A DNA stretch of 64,000 nt from an uncultured Pelagibacteraceae bacterium (GTDB taxonomy: Bacteria; Pseudomonadota; Alphaproteobacteria; Pelagibacterales; Pelagibacteraceae), in assembly GCA_902569055.1 (NCBI GenBank), contig CACFSU010000002.1, positions 29,922 through 93,921 of the forward strand, given 5' to 3'. The position numbers and the translations under genes were made by a program. Positions 1-17,456 of this stretch are shown in pieces. The stretch's first letter is position 1, and every line of letters begins with the position of its first letter. The notes under the pieces were generated by a model that worked only from the letters and a program-made list of their open reading frames with translations, did not search any database and was not told the DNA's origin.

Positions 1-34
1 GGATTAACTATTTCTACTTTAAATTCTTCACTCA

Positions 35-35
<1 letters not shown>
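1..35 (-). CDS. atpC: F1 ATP synthase epsilon subunit, N-terminus only (runs off window)
   Basis: ATG at 35 overlaps atpD stop (TAATG); translates MSEEFKVEIVNP; expected position after atpD. Confidence 0.9.
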
Positions 36-2328
<2,293 letters not shown>

Positions 2329-2334
2329 AACTGA

Positions 2335-3870
2335 TTAAGAGTTAAAACTTTCTTTTAATTGAGTAACTACCTCAACTAGCAGTTTCTCTGTATCTTCTTC
2401 AAGTTTTCCTGAACTTTGAATTGCTTCTATTATTTCAGGTTTATCTGATTTACATTTTTCAGTAATTTTAATCTCAAATTCAGCTACATCTTTTAAATCA
2501 ATGTTGTCAAGATACCCTTTAACACCGCAGTAAACTGATATTACTTGTTCAGCAACAGTCATCGGTGAATATTGTTTTTGTTTTAAAAGTTCAGTCAATT
2601 TTGAACCTCTATTTAAAAGTTGCTGAGTGGACGCGTCTAGATCAGATCCAAACTGAGCAAAAGCTGCCATTTCTCTATATTGAGCTAGCTCTAGTTTCAT
2701 TGATCCAGAAACCTTTTTCATAGCTTTTGTTTGAGCAGAAGATCCAACCCTAGATACTGATAATCCAACATTAATTGCAGGTCTTATTCCTTGATTAAAA
2801 AGTTCAGTTTCTAAAAATATTTGACCATCTGTAATAGAAATCACGTTAGTAGGTATAAAAGCAGATACGTCACCTCCTTGCGTTTCTATAATAGGAAGTG
2901 CTGTAAGTGACCCTCCACCATGCTCATCACTTAATTTCGCTGCTCTTTCTAGTAATCTACTATGTAGATAAAACACATCCCCAGGATAAGCCTCACGTCC
3001 TGGTGGTCTTCTCAAAAGTAGAGACATTTGTCTGTAAGCAACAGCCTGCTTAGATAGATCATCATAAATAATTAATGCATGCATTCCGTTATCTCTAAAA
3101 TATTCACCCATAGTACATCCTGTATATGGGGCTAAAAATTGTAAGGGTGCAGAGTCTGAGGCTGTTGCAGCAACAATAGTCGTATATTCCATTGCTCCAG
3201 CTTCTTCTAATGTTTTTTGTATTTGTCTTACTGTTGATCTTTTTTGTCCTACTGCAACATAAATACAATATAATTTTTGCTTTTCATCTCCAGATTCATT
3301 AATTTTTTTTTGATTTATAATTGCATCAATTGCTACAGCTGTTTTACCCGTTTGTCTGTCACCAATAATCAATTCCCTTTGTCCTCTTCCTATAGGGACT
3401 AAACTATCTATCGATTTTAGTCCAGTTTGCATCGGTTCGCTTACTGATTGTCTTGGAATAATCCCTGGAGCTTTTACTTCTACTCTACTTTTTTTAACAG
3501 ATTTATCTAGCTGTCCTTTGCCATCAATTGGATTACCTAAACCGTCAACGACTCTTCCTAATAACTCTTTTCCAACTGGAGTATCAACTATGTCGCCTGT
3601 TCTTTTTACTACATCCCCTTCTTTAATATTTCTATCATCACCAAAAATTACAACTCCAACATTTTCACTTTCTAAGTTAAGAGCCATTCCTTTTGAACCA
3701 TCAGCAAACTCGACCATTTCCCCAGCTTGAACATTATCTAAACCATAAATTCTAGCAATACCATCACCAACTGATAAAACTTGACCAACTTCAGTTACTT
3801 CTGCTTTATCTCCAAAATTTTTTATTTGTTCTTTTAATATCTTTGTTACTTCTGAAGGATTTATTTCCAT
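2335..3870 (-). CDS. atpA: F1 ATP synthase alpha subunit
   Basis: [31 protein letters not shown]. Confidence 0.99.
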   Translation of the reverse strand: MEINPSEVTKILKEQIKNFGDKAEVTEVGQVLSVGDGIARIYGLDNVQAGEMVEFADGSKGMALNLESENVGVVIFGDDRNIKEGDVVKRTGDIVDTPVGKELLGRVVDGLGNPIDGKGQLDKSVKKSRVEVKAPGIIPRQSVSEPMQTGLKSIDSLVPIGRGQRELIIGDRQTGKTAVAIDAIINQKKINESGDEKQKLYCIYVAVGQKRSTVRQIQKTLEEAGAMEYTTIVAATASDSAPLQFLAPYTGCTMGEYFRDNGMHALIIYDDLSKQAVAYRQMSLLLRRPPGREAYPGDVFYLHSRLLERAAKLSDEHGGGSLTALPIIETQGGDVSAFIPTNVISITDGQIFLETELFNQGIRPAINVGLSVSRVGSSAQTKAMKKVSGSMKLELAQYREMAAFAQFGSDLDASTQQLLNRGSKLTELLKQKQYSPMTVAEQVISVYCGVKGYLDNIDLKDVAEFEIKITEKCKSDKPEIIEAIQSSGKLEEDTEKLLVEVVTQLKESFNS

Positions 3871-4428
3871 TTAAGCCTCTATCATTCTTTTTTCAATTTG
3901 TTGTAATTTATTTTTAATAGAAGTGTCAACCATAATGCTGCCTACTTTAACGATTAATCCTCCAATTAAACTTTTATCATGCCTATAGTTTAGTCTCATT
4001 TTTGAACTGAAATTTTTAGTTAAGTCTTCATTAATTTTTTTAATTTCTTCATTTGATAATTCTTTTGCAGATTGAATTTCTGCTTTAATTTCTCCTCTCT
4101 TTTCAGAACAGATTTCTATAAAATTTTTTAAAATTTTTTCTAAATAAAAAAATCTTTTTTTATTTACCAAAAATATCATAAAATTTTTTACCAAGTCATT
4201 TAGTTTAAAACTTTCAGATATTTTATTTATTACTAAAATTAAATCTTCTTGATTTCCTGTTGGATCTTTTATTAAGTTATTAAAATCTTTACTTGAATTA
4301 ATAAGTTTTAACACTGCTGAAGAATGTTGTTCAACAATATCTAAAGAATTGCCTTCGTTAGAAAGCTCATACAGAGCTAGAGAATATCTCTGCGCTGAAG
4401 TGTTAGAAAATTCTTTATTTTTGCTCAA
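3871..4428 (-). CDS. atpH: F1 ATP synthase delta subunit
   Basis: AQRYSLAL, LIGGLIVKVGS..VDTS; first gene of atpHAGDC. Confidence 0.97.
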   Translation of the reverse strand: MSKNKEFSNTSAQRYSLALYELSNEGNSLDIVEQHSSAVLKLINSSKDFNNLIKDPTGNQEDLILVINKISESFKLNDLVKNFMIFLVNKKRFFYLEKILKNFIEICSEKRGEIKAEIQSAKELSNEEIKKINEDLTKNFSSKMRLNYRHDKSLIGGLIVKVGSIMVDTSIKNKLQQIEKRMIEA

Positions 4429-4538
4429 CTTATTCTTTCAATTAGCGTTAATGATTAGTTTAAAAGCTGGCTCTAATTAGCATATAGATAATACGTCTTC
4501 AAGTAACACATTGGCTCAAAAACCTTATTTTTTAGTAC

Positions 4539-6497
4539 TTAATTAAAATTTATTGGATCAACATCAACTGAAAGTTTTATTCCATTTGAAAATTTATATT
4601 TTGGTATTATTTCTGCAATAGAATTCTGCAATTTAAGTGATTTTAAACCTCTAATCAATAATCTTACCCGATATTTTCTTTTAAGCCTAAATATTGGAGC
4701 ACTTACAGGTCCAAGAACTCTTGCGTTAATTTTATCCTCTATAAAATTTTTAAAATGAAGAGCATCTTTTTCTAATTTTAACTCATTTTCACCAGTTAAT
4801 ATTATAGAAATAAATCTTTCATAAGGAGGGAGTTTGTTTCTCTTTCTTATTTCGAGCTCCCTATCCAAAAAAATATTAGGATTGCTATTTGTAATCTCAG
4901 AAATCATTTTTGAATTACTAATATTATATGTTTGAAAATATACTGTAGCAGGTTTTCCAGTTCTACCAGCTCTACCTGCCAACTGATGGTATAACTGTAA
5001 ATTTTTTTCAGCTCCTCTTAAATCATGACCTTGTGAAGATAAATCAATATCTACTACAATAATACAATTTAAATTTGGAAAATGAAAACCTTTAGAAATC
5101 AATTGAGTTCCTACGAGAATTTCTATTTCATTATTAATAATTTTTTTTAATTTATCAGAAGAGTCCTTTTTATTCATTGTATCACTAGAAAAAATTTCAA
5201 TTTTTTTTGAAGGAAAATTTTTTTTAACTTCATCAAAAATCCTTTCGACTCCAGGTCCACTAAAAATAAAATCACACTTTTTACTTTTGGTACAATTTCT
5301 ATCTAAAGATGATTTAAATCCACAATAATGACATAAAAGAATATTTTTATGTTTATGATAAACTAAATTAATTGAACAATTTGAACACTTGTAAGTATTA
5401 AAACATTTGTTACAAAATGCATGAGGTGAGAAACCTCTTCTATTCAAAAAAAATAAAACCTGGTCTTTTTTTTCTAAATGATAATTTGCCTTATTAATTA
5501 TTTTTTTAGATAACCAAGAATGTTTTTCAAGTTTAGTATTATTTAAATTTATAATTTCATAGTTTGGTAAAGCTGCATCTCGATATCTCTTTTCTAATTT
5601 TGAAACTGTATATTTCCCCTTTTTAATATTTTCGTAAGTTTCAACAGACGGTACTGAAGTAATTAGATTAATAGGAATATTTTCAAAAGAAGCTCTGGCA
5701 ATTGCCATATCTCTAGCATTATAAATTATGCCTTCATCTTGTTTATAAGATTGATCATGCTCCTCATCCACAATAATTATTCCCAATTTTTTAAATGGTA
5801 AAAAAAGAGATGATCTCGCACCAATTATAACTTTAATGATTCCTTCATTTATACCACTCCAGATAATTTCTTTTTTTTTTTTGCTAATTCCTGAATGCCA
5901 AACAGCTGGCATAAAACCAAAAAACTCAAAAAATTTTTGTTCAAATTGTCCTGTTAATCCAATTTCTGGTAATAAAATTATGCCCTGAAATCCCTTATTA
6001 ATAATTTTTTTTAATGCCTCAAAATACACAATTGTTTTTCCAGAACCTGTTATGCCTTGTAATACATGTACTCTAAATTTTTCATTATATTTATTCATTA
6101 ACTGCAAGGATTTTTTTTGATCAAGAGATAGTTCTAAAGAATGTTTTTTTATATCAGCAAAATAATCTTTATATTTTTCATAAGACATTTTTTTAATTAT
6201 ATTACTTCTCAATAAAACAAGTTTTAACGCCATACCTTTTGGAATTAAATTGTATTCAGAAAACCAATTTAAAAATTTAATCGTATCTTTTTTTAAATAA
6301 GAAATATCTAGTTTACTTAAAATTTTTTTAATTTTAAAATTTTTTGTATTACTTTTCTCAAATTCATTCCAAACAACACCGGTAATTATTAATTTACCAA
6401 ACGGAACAGTAACATAATCTCCTGTTTTTAAGTTTAAATCACTTTCATATGTAAATGGATGATTAAATATATTTGGTAAAAGAATCGGATACTTCAT
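4539..6497 (-). CDS. priA: Primosomal protein N' (replication restart helicase)
   Basis: GITGSGKT, DEEH, Cys-rich zinc region, QLAGRAGR. Confidence 0.97.
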   Translation of the reverse strand: MKYPILLPNIFNHPFTYESDLNLKTGDYVTVPFGKLIITGVVWNEFEKSNTKNFKIKKILSKLDISYLKKDTIKFLNWFSEYNLIPKGMALKLVLLRSNIIKKMSYEKYKDYFADIKKHSLELSLDQKKSLQLMNKYNEKFRVHVLQGITGSGKTIVYFEALKKIINKGFQGIILLPEIGLTGQFEQKFFEFFGFMPAVWHSGISKKKKEIIWSGINEGIIKVIIGARSSLFLPFKKLGIIIVDEEHDQSYKQDEGIIYNARDMAIARASFENIPINLITSVPSVETYENIKKGKYTVSKLEKRYRDAALPNYEIINLNNTKLEKHSWLSKKIINKANYHLEKKDQVLFFLNRRGFSPHAFCNKCFNTYKCSNCSINLVYHKHKNILLCHYCGFKSSLDRNCTKSKKCDFIFSGPGVERIFDEVKKNFPSKKIEIFSSDTMNKKDSSDKLKKIINNEIEILVGTQLISKGFHFPNLNCIIVVDIDLSSQGHDLRGAEKNLQLYHQLAGRAGRTGKPATVYFQTYNISNSKMISEITNSNPNIFLDRELEIRKRNKLPPYERFISIILTGENELKLEKDALHFKNFIEDKINARVLGPVSAPIFRLKRKYRVRLLIRGLKSLKLQNSIAEIIPKYKFSNGIKLSVDVDPINFN

Positions 6498-6518
6498 ATT
6501 TAATAATATGAAAATTTT

Positions 6519-7919
6519 TTAAGAGTGTATTGCTCTTTTATCTACTGATAGTGCAGCCTCTTTTACTGCTTCTGAAAAAGTAGGGTGTGCATGACATGTT
6601 CTAGCAATATCCTCTGAACTTGCCCCAAATTCCATAGCAATACCTATTTCAGCAATTAATTCTCCTGCATGAGGTCCTATTAAGTGAGCTCCCAAAACTT
6701 TGTCGGTTTTAGCATCAGCTAAAATTTTCACAAATCCATCAGCATCATCTATAGCTTTAGCTCTTGAATTTGCCATAAAAGAAAATTTTCCTTTTTTATA
6801 ATCTATCTCCATTTCTTTTAATTGCTCCTCTGTTTTTCCAATAGAAGCTACTTCTGGATTGGTATATACTACACCAGGTATTGTGTTATAATTTACATGT
6901 CCAGATTGGCCTACTATATTTTCTGCAACTGCAATACCTTCATCTTCGGCCTTATGAGCTAACATTGGTCCTATAATTACATCTCCAATTGCATAAATAT
7001 TATCTTGATTTGTTTTAAAATTTTTATCTGTCTTAATTCTTTTTTTTTCATCCAGCTCTACTCCAACATTTTCTAAATTTAAACCATTAGTATTTGGTTT
7101 TCTACCAACTGAAACTAAAACTACATCACAATCAAAATCATTTTTTTTTCCTTCTTTGTCTATAGTTTTAACTATAGCTCCAGAGGTTTTTTTTTGAATA
7201 GTTTGAACTTTATGACCCATATGAAATTTAATTCCTTGCTTTTTTAAAATTTTCATAAATTCTTGAGATATTTCTAAATCCATTCCAGGTGTAATATTTT
7301 CTAAAAATTCCACTACATGAACTTCTGCGCCTAATCTAGACCATACAGATCCCATTTCTAATCCTATATATCCTCCTCCAACTACAACCATTTTTTTTGG
7401 AACTTGTTCTATTTTTAAAGCACCAGTTGAAGATAAAATAATTTTTTCATCAAACTCAATTCCTGGAAGAGAAACAGGTACTGATCCAGTAGCAATTATA
7501 ACCTTATCAGCACTAATAATTATTTCTTTTTTTTCTTTATTCTTAATAGAAATTTCATTTTTAGTTTTAAAGCTTCCGACTCCCTTAAAGTATGAAACTT
7601 TATTCTTTTTTAATAAAAACTCGACACCTTTTGTTAAAATCATTACTGCCTTATCTTTATTTTTCATCATTTTGTTTAGATTGAGTTTAACTTCACCAAC
7701 TTCTATTCCTTTACTTGATAAATTTTTAACTTTATGAAATTCTTCTGAAAGATTAAGTAAACTTTTTGATGGAATACATCCCACATTTAAACAAGTTCCT
7801 CCTAAAGAACCTCTTGAATCTATACATGCAGTTTTTAATCCTAATTGAGCTAATCTTATTGCGCAAACATATCCACCTGGTCCACCACCTATAACAACAG
7901 CTTTAAATTTTTCTGACAT
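6519..7919 (-). CDS. lpdA: Dihydrolipoyl dehydrogenase (E3)
   Basis: GGGPGG, GGTCLNVGCIPSK, HPTFSE. Confidence 0.98.
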   Translation of the reverse strand: MSEKFKAVVIGGGPGGYVCAIRLAQLGLKTACIDSRGSLGGTCLNVGCIPSKSLLNLSEEFHKVKNLSSKGIEVGEVKLNLNKMMKNKDKAVMILTKGVEFLLKKNKVSYFKGVGSFKTKNEISIKNKEKKEIIISADKVIIATGSVPVSLPGIEFDEKIILSSTGALKIEQVPKKMVVVGGGYIGLEMGSVWSRLGAEVHVVEFLENITPGMDLEISQEFMKILKKQGIKFHMGHKVQTIQKKTSGAIVKTIDKEGKKNDFDCDVVLVSVGRKPNTNGLNLENVGVELDEKKRIKTDKNFKTNQDNIYAIGDVIIGPMLAHKAEDEGIAVAENIVGQSGHVNYNTIPGVVYTNPEVASIGKTEEQLKEMEIDYKKGKFSFMANSRAKAIDDADGFVKILADAKTDKVLGAHLIGPHAGELIAEIGIAMEFGASSEDIARTCHAHPTFSEAVKEAALSVDKRAIHS

Positions 7920-9218
7920 TTAAATATCTAAAAACAACCTTCTAGGATCTTCTATATTTTCTTTTATCATTTTTAAAAATGAAACAGACTCTTTTCCATC
8001 TATAATTCTATGGTCGTATGATAATGCAAGATACATAATTGGTCTTATCTTAATTTCTCCTTCTACAACAAATGGTCTTTCTACAATATTATGCATACCT
8101 AAAACTCCAGATTGAGGTAGATTCAGAATAGGTGTGGAAAACATTGAGCCATATACGCCCCCATTGCTAATTGTAAAAGTTCCTCCTTGAAGATCTTCAA
8201 TATTTAACTTTCCTTCTTTAGCTTTATCTGAGATTTCTTTAATAATTTTTTCAATATCAGCAAATGATAACTCATCTGCATTTTTTAAAACAGGAACTAC
8301 TAATCCTTTATCGGTGCCTACAGCAAAACTTATATTATAATAGTTTTTGTAGATTATATGCTCTCCATCTATTTCAGCATTAACTGCGGGAAATGATTTT
8401 AAAGCAAGCACACAAGCTTTTACAAAGAAGGACATAAAACCAAGTTTTATTCCATATCTATTTTGAAAATCTTCTTTATTTTCTTTTCTCATCTCAATCA
8501 CGCTAGACATATCAACCTCATTAAATGTAGTTAGCAATGCAGCATTATCCTGAGCCTGCTTTAGTCTTTTAGCTATAGTTAGTCTTAATCTAGTCATTTT
8601 AATTCTTTCCTCTTGACCAAACTTAACTTTTCTACTTGAAGGTGGTGGTTGAACACCCATTAAACTAATCAAATCTCCTTTTACAATTCTTCCATCTTTA
8701 CCAGTACCTTTGATAGTACTAATGTCTACTTTTCTCTCAGCTACCATTTTTCTAACTGAAGGTGACAAAGTTTGTTCTTCATTTTTTGTATCATGAATTT
8801 CTTCTTCTTTAACCGCATTACTTAAAATAAGTGGTTTTTCATTTGAATTCTCTTCTTGACTATCTTGATCATTAAAAACTTTTGGTTGTTTAGGGGAAAC
8901 ATCTAAATTAACAACATTGTTTTCTTTTGAAATTGTAGGTTCAATTTTTTTTATTTCATCTTTTTTTAATTTTGTAGAACTATTCTCGGAAACTAAGCCT
9001 AATAATGCTCCAACTTCCACTACTGTTCCATCTTTTGAATTAATTTCAGATAAAACTCCACTAACTGGTGATGGAACTTCTAAATTTACTTTATCAGTTT
9101 CTAACTCAACAATAGGTTCATCAGCTTCAACTACATCTCCTTGATTTTTTAACCATTTTGAAACTGTTGCTTCTGTTATACTTTCTCCTAAAGCTGGGAC
9201 TACAATTTTTTCACTCAT
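7920..9218 (-). CDS. sucB: 2-oxoglutarate dehydrogenase E2
   Basis: lipoyl [14 protein letters not shown]; downstream of sucA. Confidence 0.98.
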   Translation of the reverse strand: MSEKIVVPALGESITEATVSKWLKNQGDVVEADEPIVELETDKVNLEVPSPVSGVLSEINSKDGTVVEVGALLGLVSENSSTKLKKDEIKKIEPTISKENNVVNLDVSPKQPKVFNDQDSQEENSNEKPLILSNAVKEEEIHDTKNEEQTLSPSVRKMVAERKVDISTIKGTGKDGRIVKGDLISLMGVQPPPSSRKVKFGQEERIKMTRLRLTIAKRLKQAQDNAALLTTFNEVDMSSVIEMRKENKEDFQNRYGIKLGFMSFFVKACVLALKSFPAVNAEIDGEHIIYKNYYNISFAVGTDKGLVVPVLKNADELSFADIEKIIKEISDKAKEGKLNIEDLQGGTFTISNGGVYGSMFSTPILNLPQSGVLGMHNIVERPFVVEGEIKIRPIMYLALSYDHRIIDGKESVSFLKMIKENIEDPRRLFLDI

Positions 9219-9223
9219 TATAA

Positions 9224-12097
9224 TTAATTAAATACTTTATTAATAATTTCTTGTTGTTGAGAAATATGTCTTTTAGCAAATCCTGTAGCAGGAGTTGCAT
9301 CTGGACTTCTTCCTATATAAGAAATATAATTATATTTAGCCTTAATATTATCTAATGTCCATTGGATATAATCTCTAACAGAAAACCAAGCTCCCATATT
9401 TTTTGGTTCCTCTTGACACCAATGAAATGTAGCATTTTTAGCATAAGGTTTTAATTCTTTGACTAAAGCTTTTGCTGGAAAGGGGTATAATTGTTCAATT
9501 CTATATAAAACTATATCATCAACTTTCAATTTTTCTCTTGCTTCTAATAAGTCAAAATAAACTTTACCAGAACATAAAATAACTTTTGTTATTTCTTTAG
9601 CTTTTTTTAATTTGATAAAACTTTTTGTATCTGGATCTATAGCATGATCCCATAAAACTCTATGAAAAGTATTTTTTTTACTAAAATCCTCTAAATTAGA
9701 AACACAATATTTATGACGTAATAGCGATTTTGGTGTCATTATTATTAATGGTTTTCTAAAATCTCTATGCATCTGTCTTCTAAGTGCATGGAAATAATTA
9801 GCAGGTGTCGTACAATTCATGACTTGCATATTATCATTTGAACACAATTGTAAAAACCTTTCTAATCTTGCTGATGAATGTTCTGGACCTTGACCTTCAT
9901 ATCCGTGAGGTAACAACATTATTAAACCTGAAGCTCTAGACCATTTTCTCTCACCTGATGCAATAAACTGATCAATAACAACTTGAGCTCCATTTGCAAA
10001 ATCTCCAAATTGAGCTTCCCACAATGTTAGGGTATTCGGCTCTACTAAACTATATCCATACTCAAATCCTAAAACAGCTAATTCAGATAAAAAACTATCT
10101 ACTACTTCAAATTTTTTTTGATTATTTGAAATATTATTCAAAGGTATATATCTAGAGTTATCAAATTGATTTCTTAAAACTGAATGTCTTTGACTAAATG
10201 TGCCTCTTCCAGAATCTTGACCAACCAATCTTATTGGATATCCTTCCTCTAAAAGTGAACCAAAAGCTAATGATTCTGCTGTAGACCAATCAATTCCGGA
10301 TCTATTTTTTACACTAAGTTTTCTATTGTCTAAAATTTTTGAAATAGTTTTATGAATATTTATTTCTTTAGGAATTGTATTAATTTTATCAGAAATTTCT
10401 AATAATTTTTTTATATCTGCTCCAGTTACTCCTCTTTTATCTTTACCTTTTTCAGGTTTATATCTTGACCATGTTCCCTCAAACCATTCGATTTTTGGTT
10501 TATAGTTTTTTGCAGTTTTAAATTGTTCATTTAGTAAATCTTTAAACTTTTTTATAGACTCACTTAAAAAATCTTTAGATATTTCGCCTTCATTTATTAA
10601 TCTTTCTCCATAAACTTTTACTGGGGAAGGATGTGATTTAATTTTTTTATACATTAAAGGTTGCGTAAATGAAGGCTCATCACCTTCATTATGTCCAAAT
10701 CTTCTATAACAAATTAAATCTATCACTACATCTCTATTAAATTTTAATCTAAAGTCTGTTGCTATTCTTGCTGCATAAACAACTGCCTCTGGATTGTCTC
10801 CATTAACATGAATTATAGGTGCTTCTACCATTTTTGCTATATCTGATGGATATGGAGAAGATCTTGCAAACCTTGGACTTGTTGTAAATCCAATTTGATT
10901 ATTTATAATTATATGAATAGTTCCTCCAGTATTGTGACCTGGTAAGCCAGACATTGCAAAACATTCAGCTACTACTCCTTGTCCAGCAAAAGCTGCATCG
11001 CCATGAATTAAAATTGGTATTACTTTTTTTCTCTCCTTGTCTTTATGAAAGTATTGTTTAGCTCTAGTTTGTCCAAGTACAACTGGGTTAACTGCCTCTA
11101 GGTGAGATGGATTATCTGTTAAGCTAACATGGACTGAATTTCCATCAAACTCTCTGTCTGATGACGCTCCTAAATGATATTTTACATCTCCAGCACCATC
11201 TTCTGAAGAACTAATTTCTCCTCCAAATTCATTAAAAATTCTTTTATAAGACTTTTGCAACACGTTAGCCAAAACATTTAATCTTCCTCTATGTGACATT
11301 CCTATTTTAACTTCTTTAACTTGAAACTGTCCACCAATTTTAATTATTTGCTCTAATGCAGGAATTAAACTTTCACCACCATCAAGCCCAAATCTTTTGG
11401 TACCAACATATTTAGTATGTAAAAATTTTTCAAATCCTTCAGCTTGTATTAATTTATTTAAAATTGCTTTTTTACCATTTTGAGTAAACTTAAAATCATC
11501 TGCTTTTTCTACTCTATCCCTAAACCATTTCCTCTCCGTAGGATTAGATACGTGCATATACTCATAACCAATTGATCCACAATATTTTACTCTTAAAAAT
11601 TCTAAAATCTCTTTAATATTAGAATATTGTTTATTTATAACACCATCTAAGAATATTTTTTTATCATAATCTCCTTTATTAAAACCGTAAGATTCTGGGT
11701 GTAATTCATCCAAATATTCGGACTGCATCATTCCTAAAGGGTCAAGTTTTGCTATAAGATGACCTCGCTGTCTATAAGATCTTATCATTGATACTGCTTT
11801 AATTGAGTTTGCATTAGATTTTATTGTTTCTAACCCACTAATTTTCCTATTTTTTTCTGATTTTTTCTTAAAATCTTTTATAAAAACCTTATTTTTTTTA
11901 GGACTCCAAGAAGGTCCATTAATTTCATTTACTATAATGTCTGCTTCATCTCCAATTTCTTCAAAGTAATTTTTCCAGCTATCGGGTAAATTTGGATCAT
12001 TGTTTAAAAACTTCAAATACATTTGTTCTATGAATGCACTATTGGATTTACTTAAAAATCCTGTTTTTTCAAATTCTAGATTTTTAGAAGAAGACAT
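9224..12097 (-). CDS. sucA: 2-oxoglutarate dehydrogenase E1
   Basis: [28 protein letters not shown]. Confidence 0.99.
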   Translation of the reverse strand: MSSSKNLEFEKTGFLSKSNSAFIEQMYLKFLNNDPNLPDSWKNYFEEIGDEADIIVNEINGPSWSPKKNKVFIKDFKKKSEKNRKISGLETIKSNANSIKAVSMIRSYRQRGHLIAKLDPLGMMQSEYLDELHPESYGFNKGDYDKKIFLDGVINKQYSNIKEILEFLRVKYCGSIGYEYMHVSNPTERKWFRDRVEKADDFKFTQNGKKAILNKLIQAEGFEKFLHTKYVGTKRFGLDGGESLIPALEQIIKIGGQFQVKEVKIGMSHRGRLNVLANVLQKSYKRIFNEFGGEISSSEDGAGDVKYHLGASSDREFDGNSVHVSLTDNPSHLEAVNPVVLGQTRAKQYFHKDKERKKVIPILIHGDAAFAGQGVVAECFAMSGLPGHNTGGTIHIIINNQIGFTTSPRFARSSPYPSDIAKMVEAPIIHVNGDNPEAVVYAARIATDFRLKFNRDVVIDLICYRRFGHNEGDEPSFTQPLMYKKIKSHPSPVKVYGERLINEGEISKDFLSESIKKFKDLLNEQFKTAKNYKPKIEWFEGTWSRYKPEKGKDKRGVTGADIKKLLEISDKINTIPKEINIHKTISKILDNRKLSVKNRSGIDWSTAESLAFGSLLEEGYPIRLVGQDSGRGTFSQRHSVLRNQFDNSRYIPLNNISNNQKKFEVVDSFLSELAVLGFEYGYSLVEPNTLTLWEAQFGDFANGAQVVIDQFIASGERKWSRASGLIMLLPHGYEGQGPEHSSARLERFLQLCSNDNMQVMNCTTPANYFHALRRQMHRDFRKPLIIMTPKSLLRHKYCVSNLEDFSKKNTFHRVLWDHAIDPDTKSFIKLKKAKEITKVILCSGKVYFDLLEAREKLKVDDIVLYRIEQLYPFPAKALVKELKPYAKNATFHWCQEEPKNMGAWFSVRDYIQWTLDNIKAKYNYISYIGRSPDATPATGFAKRHISQQQEIINKVFN

Positions 12098-12130
12098 CTT
12101 TATTATAATATAGACTTAGAATAAATTTTT

Positions 12131-13006
12131 TCAATTAGACAATTTATCAAAAAGAGTTTTTCCAATTTTAGAAGGCGAGTTAGCAATAGTTATACCACAA
12201 TCTTCCATCTTTTTAATTTTATCTTGAGCACCACCCTTACCACCAGAAATAATTGCTCCAGCATGACCCATTCTTCTTCCGGGAGGAGCTGTTATGCCTG
12301 CTACAAATCCTACAATTGGTTTTTTTATTTTATGATTTTTAATAAATTCTGCTGCATCTTCCTCTGCAGTGCCTCCAATTTCTCCAATCATTAAAATTGA
12401 ATGGGTTTCTTCATCCTTTAAAAATAAATCCAAACAATCTATAAAATTAGTTCCGTTTATAGGATCGCCACCAATTCCTATACAAGTTGACTGTCCTAGC
12501 CTATTTTCTGTAGTTTGAGCTACTGCTTCATAAGTTAATGTACCAGATCTAGAGACTATACCAACAGAACCTTTTTTATGGATGTTGCCAGGCATAATAC
12601 CAATTTTACACTCGTTGGGAGTTATAATTCCTGGACAGTTTGGTCCTATTAATCTACACTTTGATTTTAACAAAATTTTTTTAACTTTAAGCATATCTTG
12701 AATAGGAATTCCCTCAGTTATACAAACAATAAGATCAATTGATGCTTCTATCGCTTCAATGATTGCACCAGCTGCAAATTTTGCTGGAACATATATCATT
12801 GTTGCATTAGCACCTTCTGAATCTTTTGCTTCTTTTACTGTGTTAAAAACTGGCAATCCTAAATGTTTTTGACCACCTTTTTTTGGAGTAACTCCTCCAA
12901 CTAATTTAGTTCCATATTTAAGAGCCTGCTCTGAATGAAATGTTCCATGTGAACCAGTAAAGCCTTGGCAAATTAATCTAGTATTTTTATTCACTAAAAC
13001 TGACAT
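12131..13006 (-). CDS. sucD: Succinyl-CoA synthetase alpha subunit
   Basis: [15 protein letters not shown] phospho-His motif. Confidence 0.99.
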   Translation of the reverse strand: MSVLVNKNTRLICQGFTGSHGTFHSEQALKYGTKLVGGVTPKKGGQKHLGLPVFNTVKEAKDSEGANATMIYVPAKFAAGAIIEAIEASIDLIVCITEGIPIQDMLKVKKILLKSKCRLIGPNCPGIITPNECKIGIMPGNIHKKGSVGIVSRSGTLTYEAVAQTTENRLGQSTCIGIGGDPINGTNFIDCLDLFLKDEETHSILMIGEIGGTAEEDAAEFIKNHKIKKPIVGFVAGITAPPGRRMGHAGAIISGGKGGAQDKIKKMEDCGITIANSPSKIGKTLFDKLSN

Positions 13007-14166
13007 TTATTTTATTTTCTCAACAATTTTTCTTGCAGCATCATCAAGATTTTCAGCTGAAATTAATTTCAAACCAGAATTATCTAGTATTTCTTTTCCT
13101 TCTTTAAAGTTTGTACCTGCTAATCTTACTACTAGAGGAACGCTAATATTTATCTCTTTTGCTGCATCAACTACTCCTTGAGCAAGAACATCACATCTCA
13201 TAATTCCTCCAAAAATATTAATTAATATTCCTTTAACATTTTTGTCAGACAAAATTATTCTAAAAGCAGCTGAAACTTTTTCTTTTGAAGCTCCTCCACC
13301 TACATCCAAAAAATTTGCAGGTTCTTTACCGTATAATTTTATTATGTCCATTGTAGCCATTGCTAGTCCTGCTCCATTAACCATACATCCAATACTTCCC
13401 TCTAATTTGATATAAGCTAAATCATATTTACTGGCCTCAATTTCTGCAGAATCTTCTTCACTTAGATCTCTAAGTTCTTTTATTTCTGGATGTCTAAACA
13501 AAGCGTTACTATCAAAATTTACTTTTGCATCTAAACAAACAATTTTTTTTTCTTTAGTTAATATTAGAGGATTTATTTCAACCATATTTGCATCTGTTTT
13601 AATAAACATTTTATAAATTGATTTTATTAAAGAAATTGCATCATTTTTAGAATTACCATCTAAATTAAATATTTTAATAATATTTTCACAATCTTTATTT
13701 GAGATTTCTTCATTCAATTCAACTTTTGTAGTTAAAATTTGACTAGGTGATTTAGCTGCTACTTCTTCAATATCCATCCCTCCTTGATTGCTAGAAATAA
13801 AGGCAATTTTTGAAGTGGCCCGATCTACTAAACATGATAAATAAAACTCTTTATCAATATTTGAAGATACTTCAACATAGAGTCTTTTAACTTCTTTTCC
13901 CTCAGGCCCTGTCTGATGAGTTATTAATTTTTTACCTAAAAGTTCTTTTGCAGATTTTTCTAAATCCTCAAGATTATCTAATATTTTAACTCCTCCAGCC
14001 TTTCCTCTTCCTCCTGCATGGATTTGAGCTTTTAAAACATACTTATCTGTTTTTAATGATTTAGATTTTTCTAAAAGTTCTTTAACAGTAAATGCGAATA
14101 CTCCCTCTGGCACAATCGCTCCATATTTTTTTAGTATTTGTTTAGCTTGATGTTCGTGAATATTCA

Positions 14167-14167
<1 letters not shown>
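13007..14167 (-). CDS. sucC: Succinyl-CoA synthetase beta subunit
   Basis: MNIHEHQAK, GGRGKAGGV, NGAGLAMATMD. Confidence 0.99.
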
Positions 14168-16631
<2,464 letters not shown>

Positions 16632-16673
16632 GAATACGATCTTTTAGATCAAAAAATCTCAATAGTCTATTGA

Positions 16674-17456
16674 TTATACGTTAGCAGTTGCTAACATTTT
16701 TTTTATTTCTGCTATAGCTTTTGCAGGATTCAAACCTTTTGGACAAGCATTAGTGCAGTTAAGAATTGTATGACATCTATAAAGCTTAAGTTCATCTGCA
16801 ACTTTTTTTAATCGTTTTTGTCTCTCTTCATCTCTACTATCTATTATCCATCGATAAGCTTGTAACAAAACTGCTGGTCCCAAATATTTATCACCATTCC
16901 ACCAATAACTAGGACAAGATGTCGAGCAGCAGGCACACATTATACATTCATATGCTCCATCTAACTTAGCTCTATCTTCTTTTGATTGAAAAATTTCTTT
17001 AGACTCTGATTTTGAATTTGATTTTAACCAAGGTTCTATTGATTCATATTGTTTATAAAGATTATCTAAATCTCCGATTAAATCTCTTTTAACTTTAAGA
17101 TGAGGCAAGGGATAAATATCTATATCACCATCAATTTCAGAATGAGGGGTTGTGCAGGCTAAACCATTTTTTCCACCAATATTCATAGCACAAGAACCAC
17201 ATACTCCATGAGCACAAGATCTTCTATAAGCTATTGTAGGATCTATCTCATTTTTTATTTTATTCAAAATATCTAATACTTTAGACGGACAATTATCCAT
17301 ATCTACTTCATAAGTGTCAATTCTAGGTTTTTCTCCTGTAGAAGGATCCCATCTGTAAATATTTACCTTTCTTAAATTTTTAGAACTAGTTTTATCTTTA
17401 AAATATTTACCTTTTATAACTTGAGAATTTTTGGGTAAATTTATCTGAACCATCAA
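16674..17456 (-). CDS. sdhB: Succinate dehydrogenase iron-sulfur subunit
   Basis: [34 protein letters not shown]. Confidence 0.98.
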   Translation of the reverse strand: MMVQINLPKNSQVIKGKYFKDKTSSKNLRKVNIYRWDPSTGEKPRIDTYEVDMDNCPSKVLDILNKIKNEIDPTIAYRRSCAHGVCGSCAMNIGGKNGLACTTPHSEIDGDIDIYPLPHLKVKRDLIGDLDNLYKQYESIEPWLKSNSKSESKEIFQSKEDRAKLDGAYECIMCACCSTSCPSYWWNGDKYLGPAVLLQAYRWIIDSRDEERQKRLKKVADELKLYRCHTILNCTNACPKGLNPAKAIAEIKKMLATANV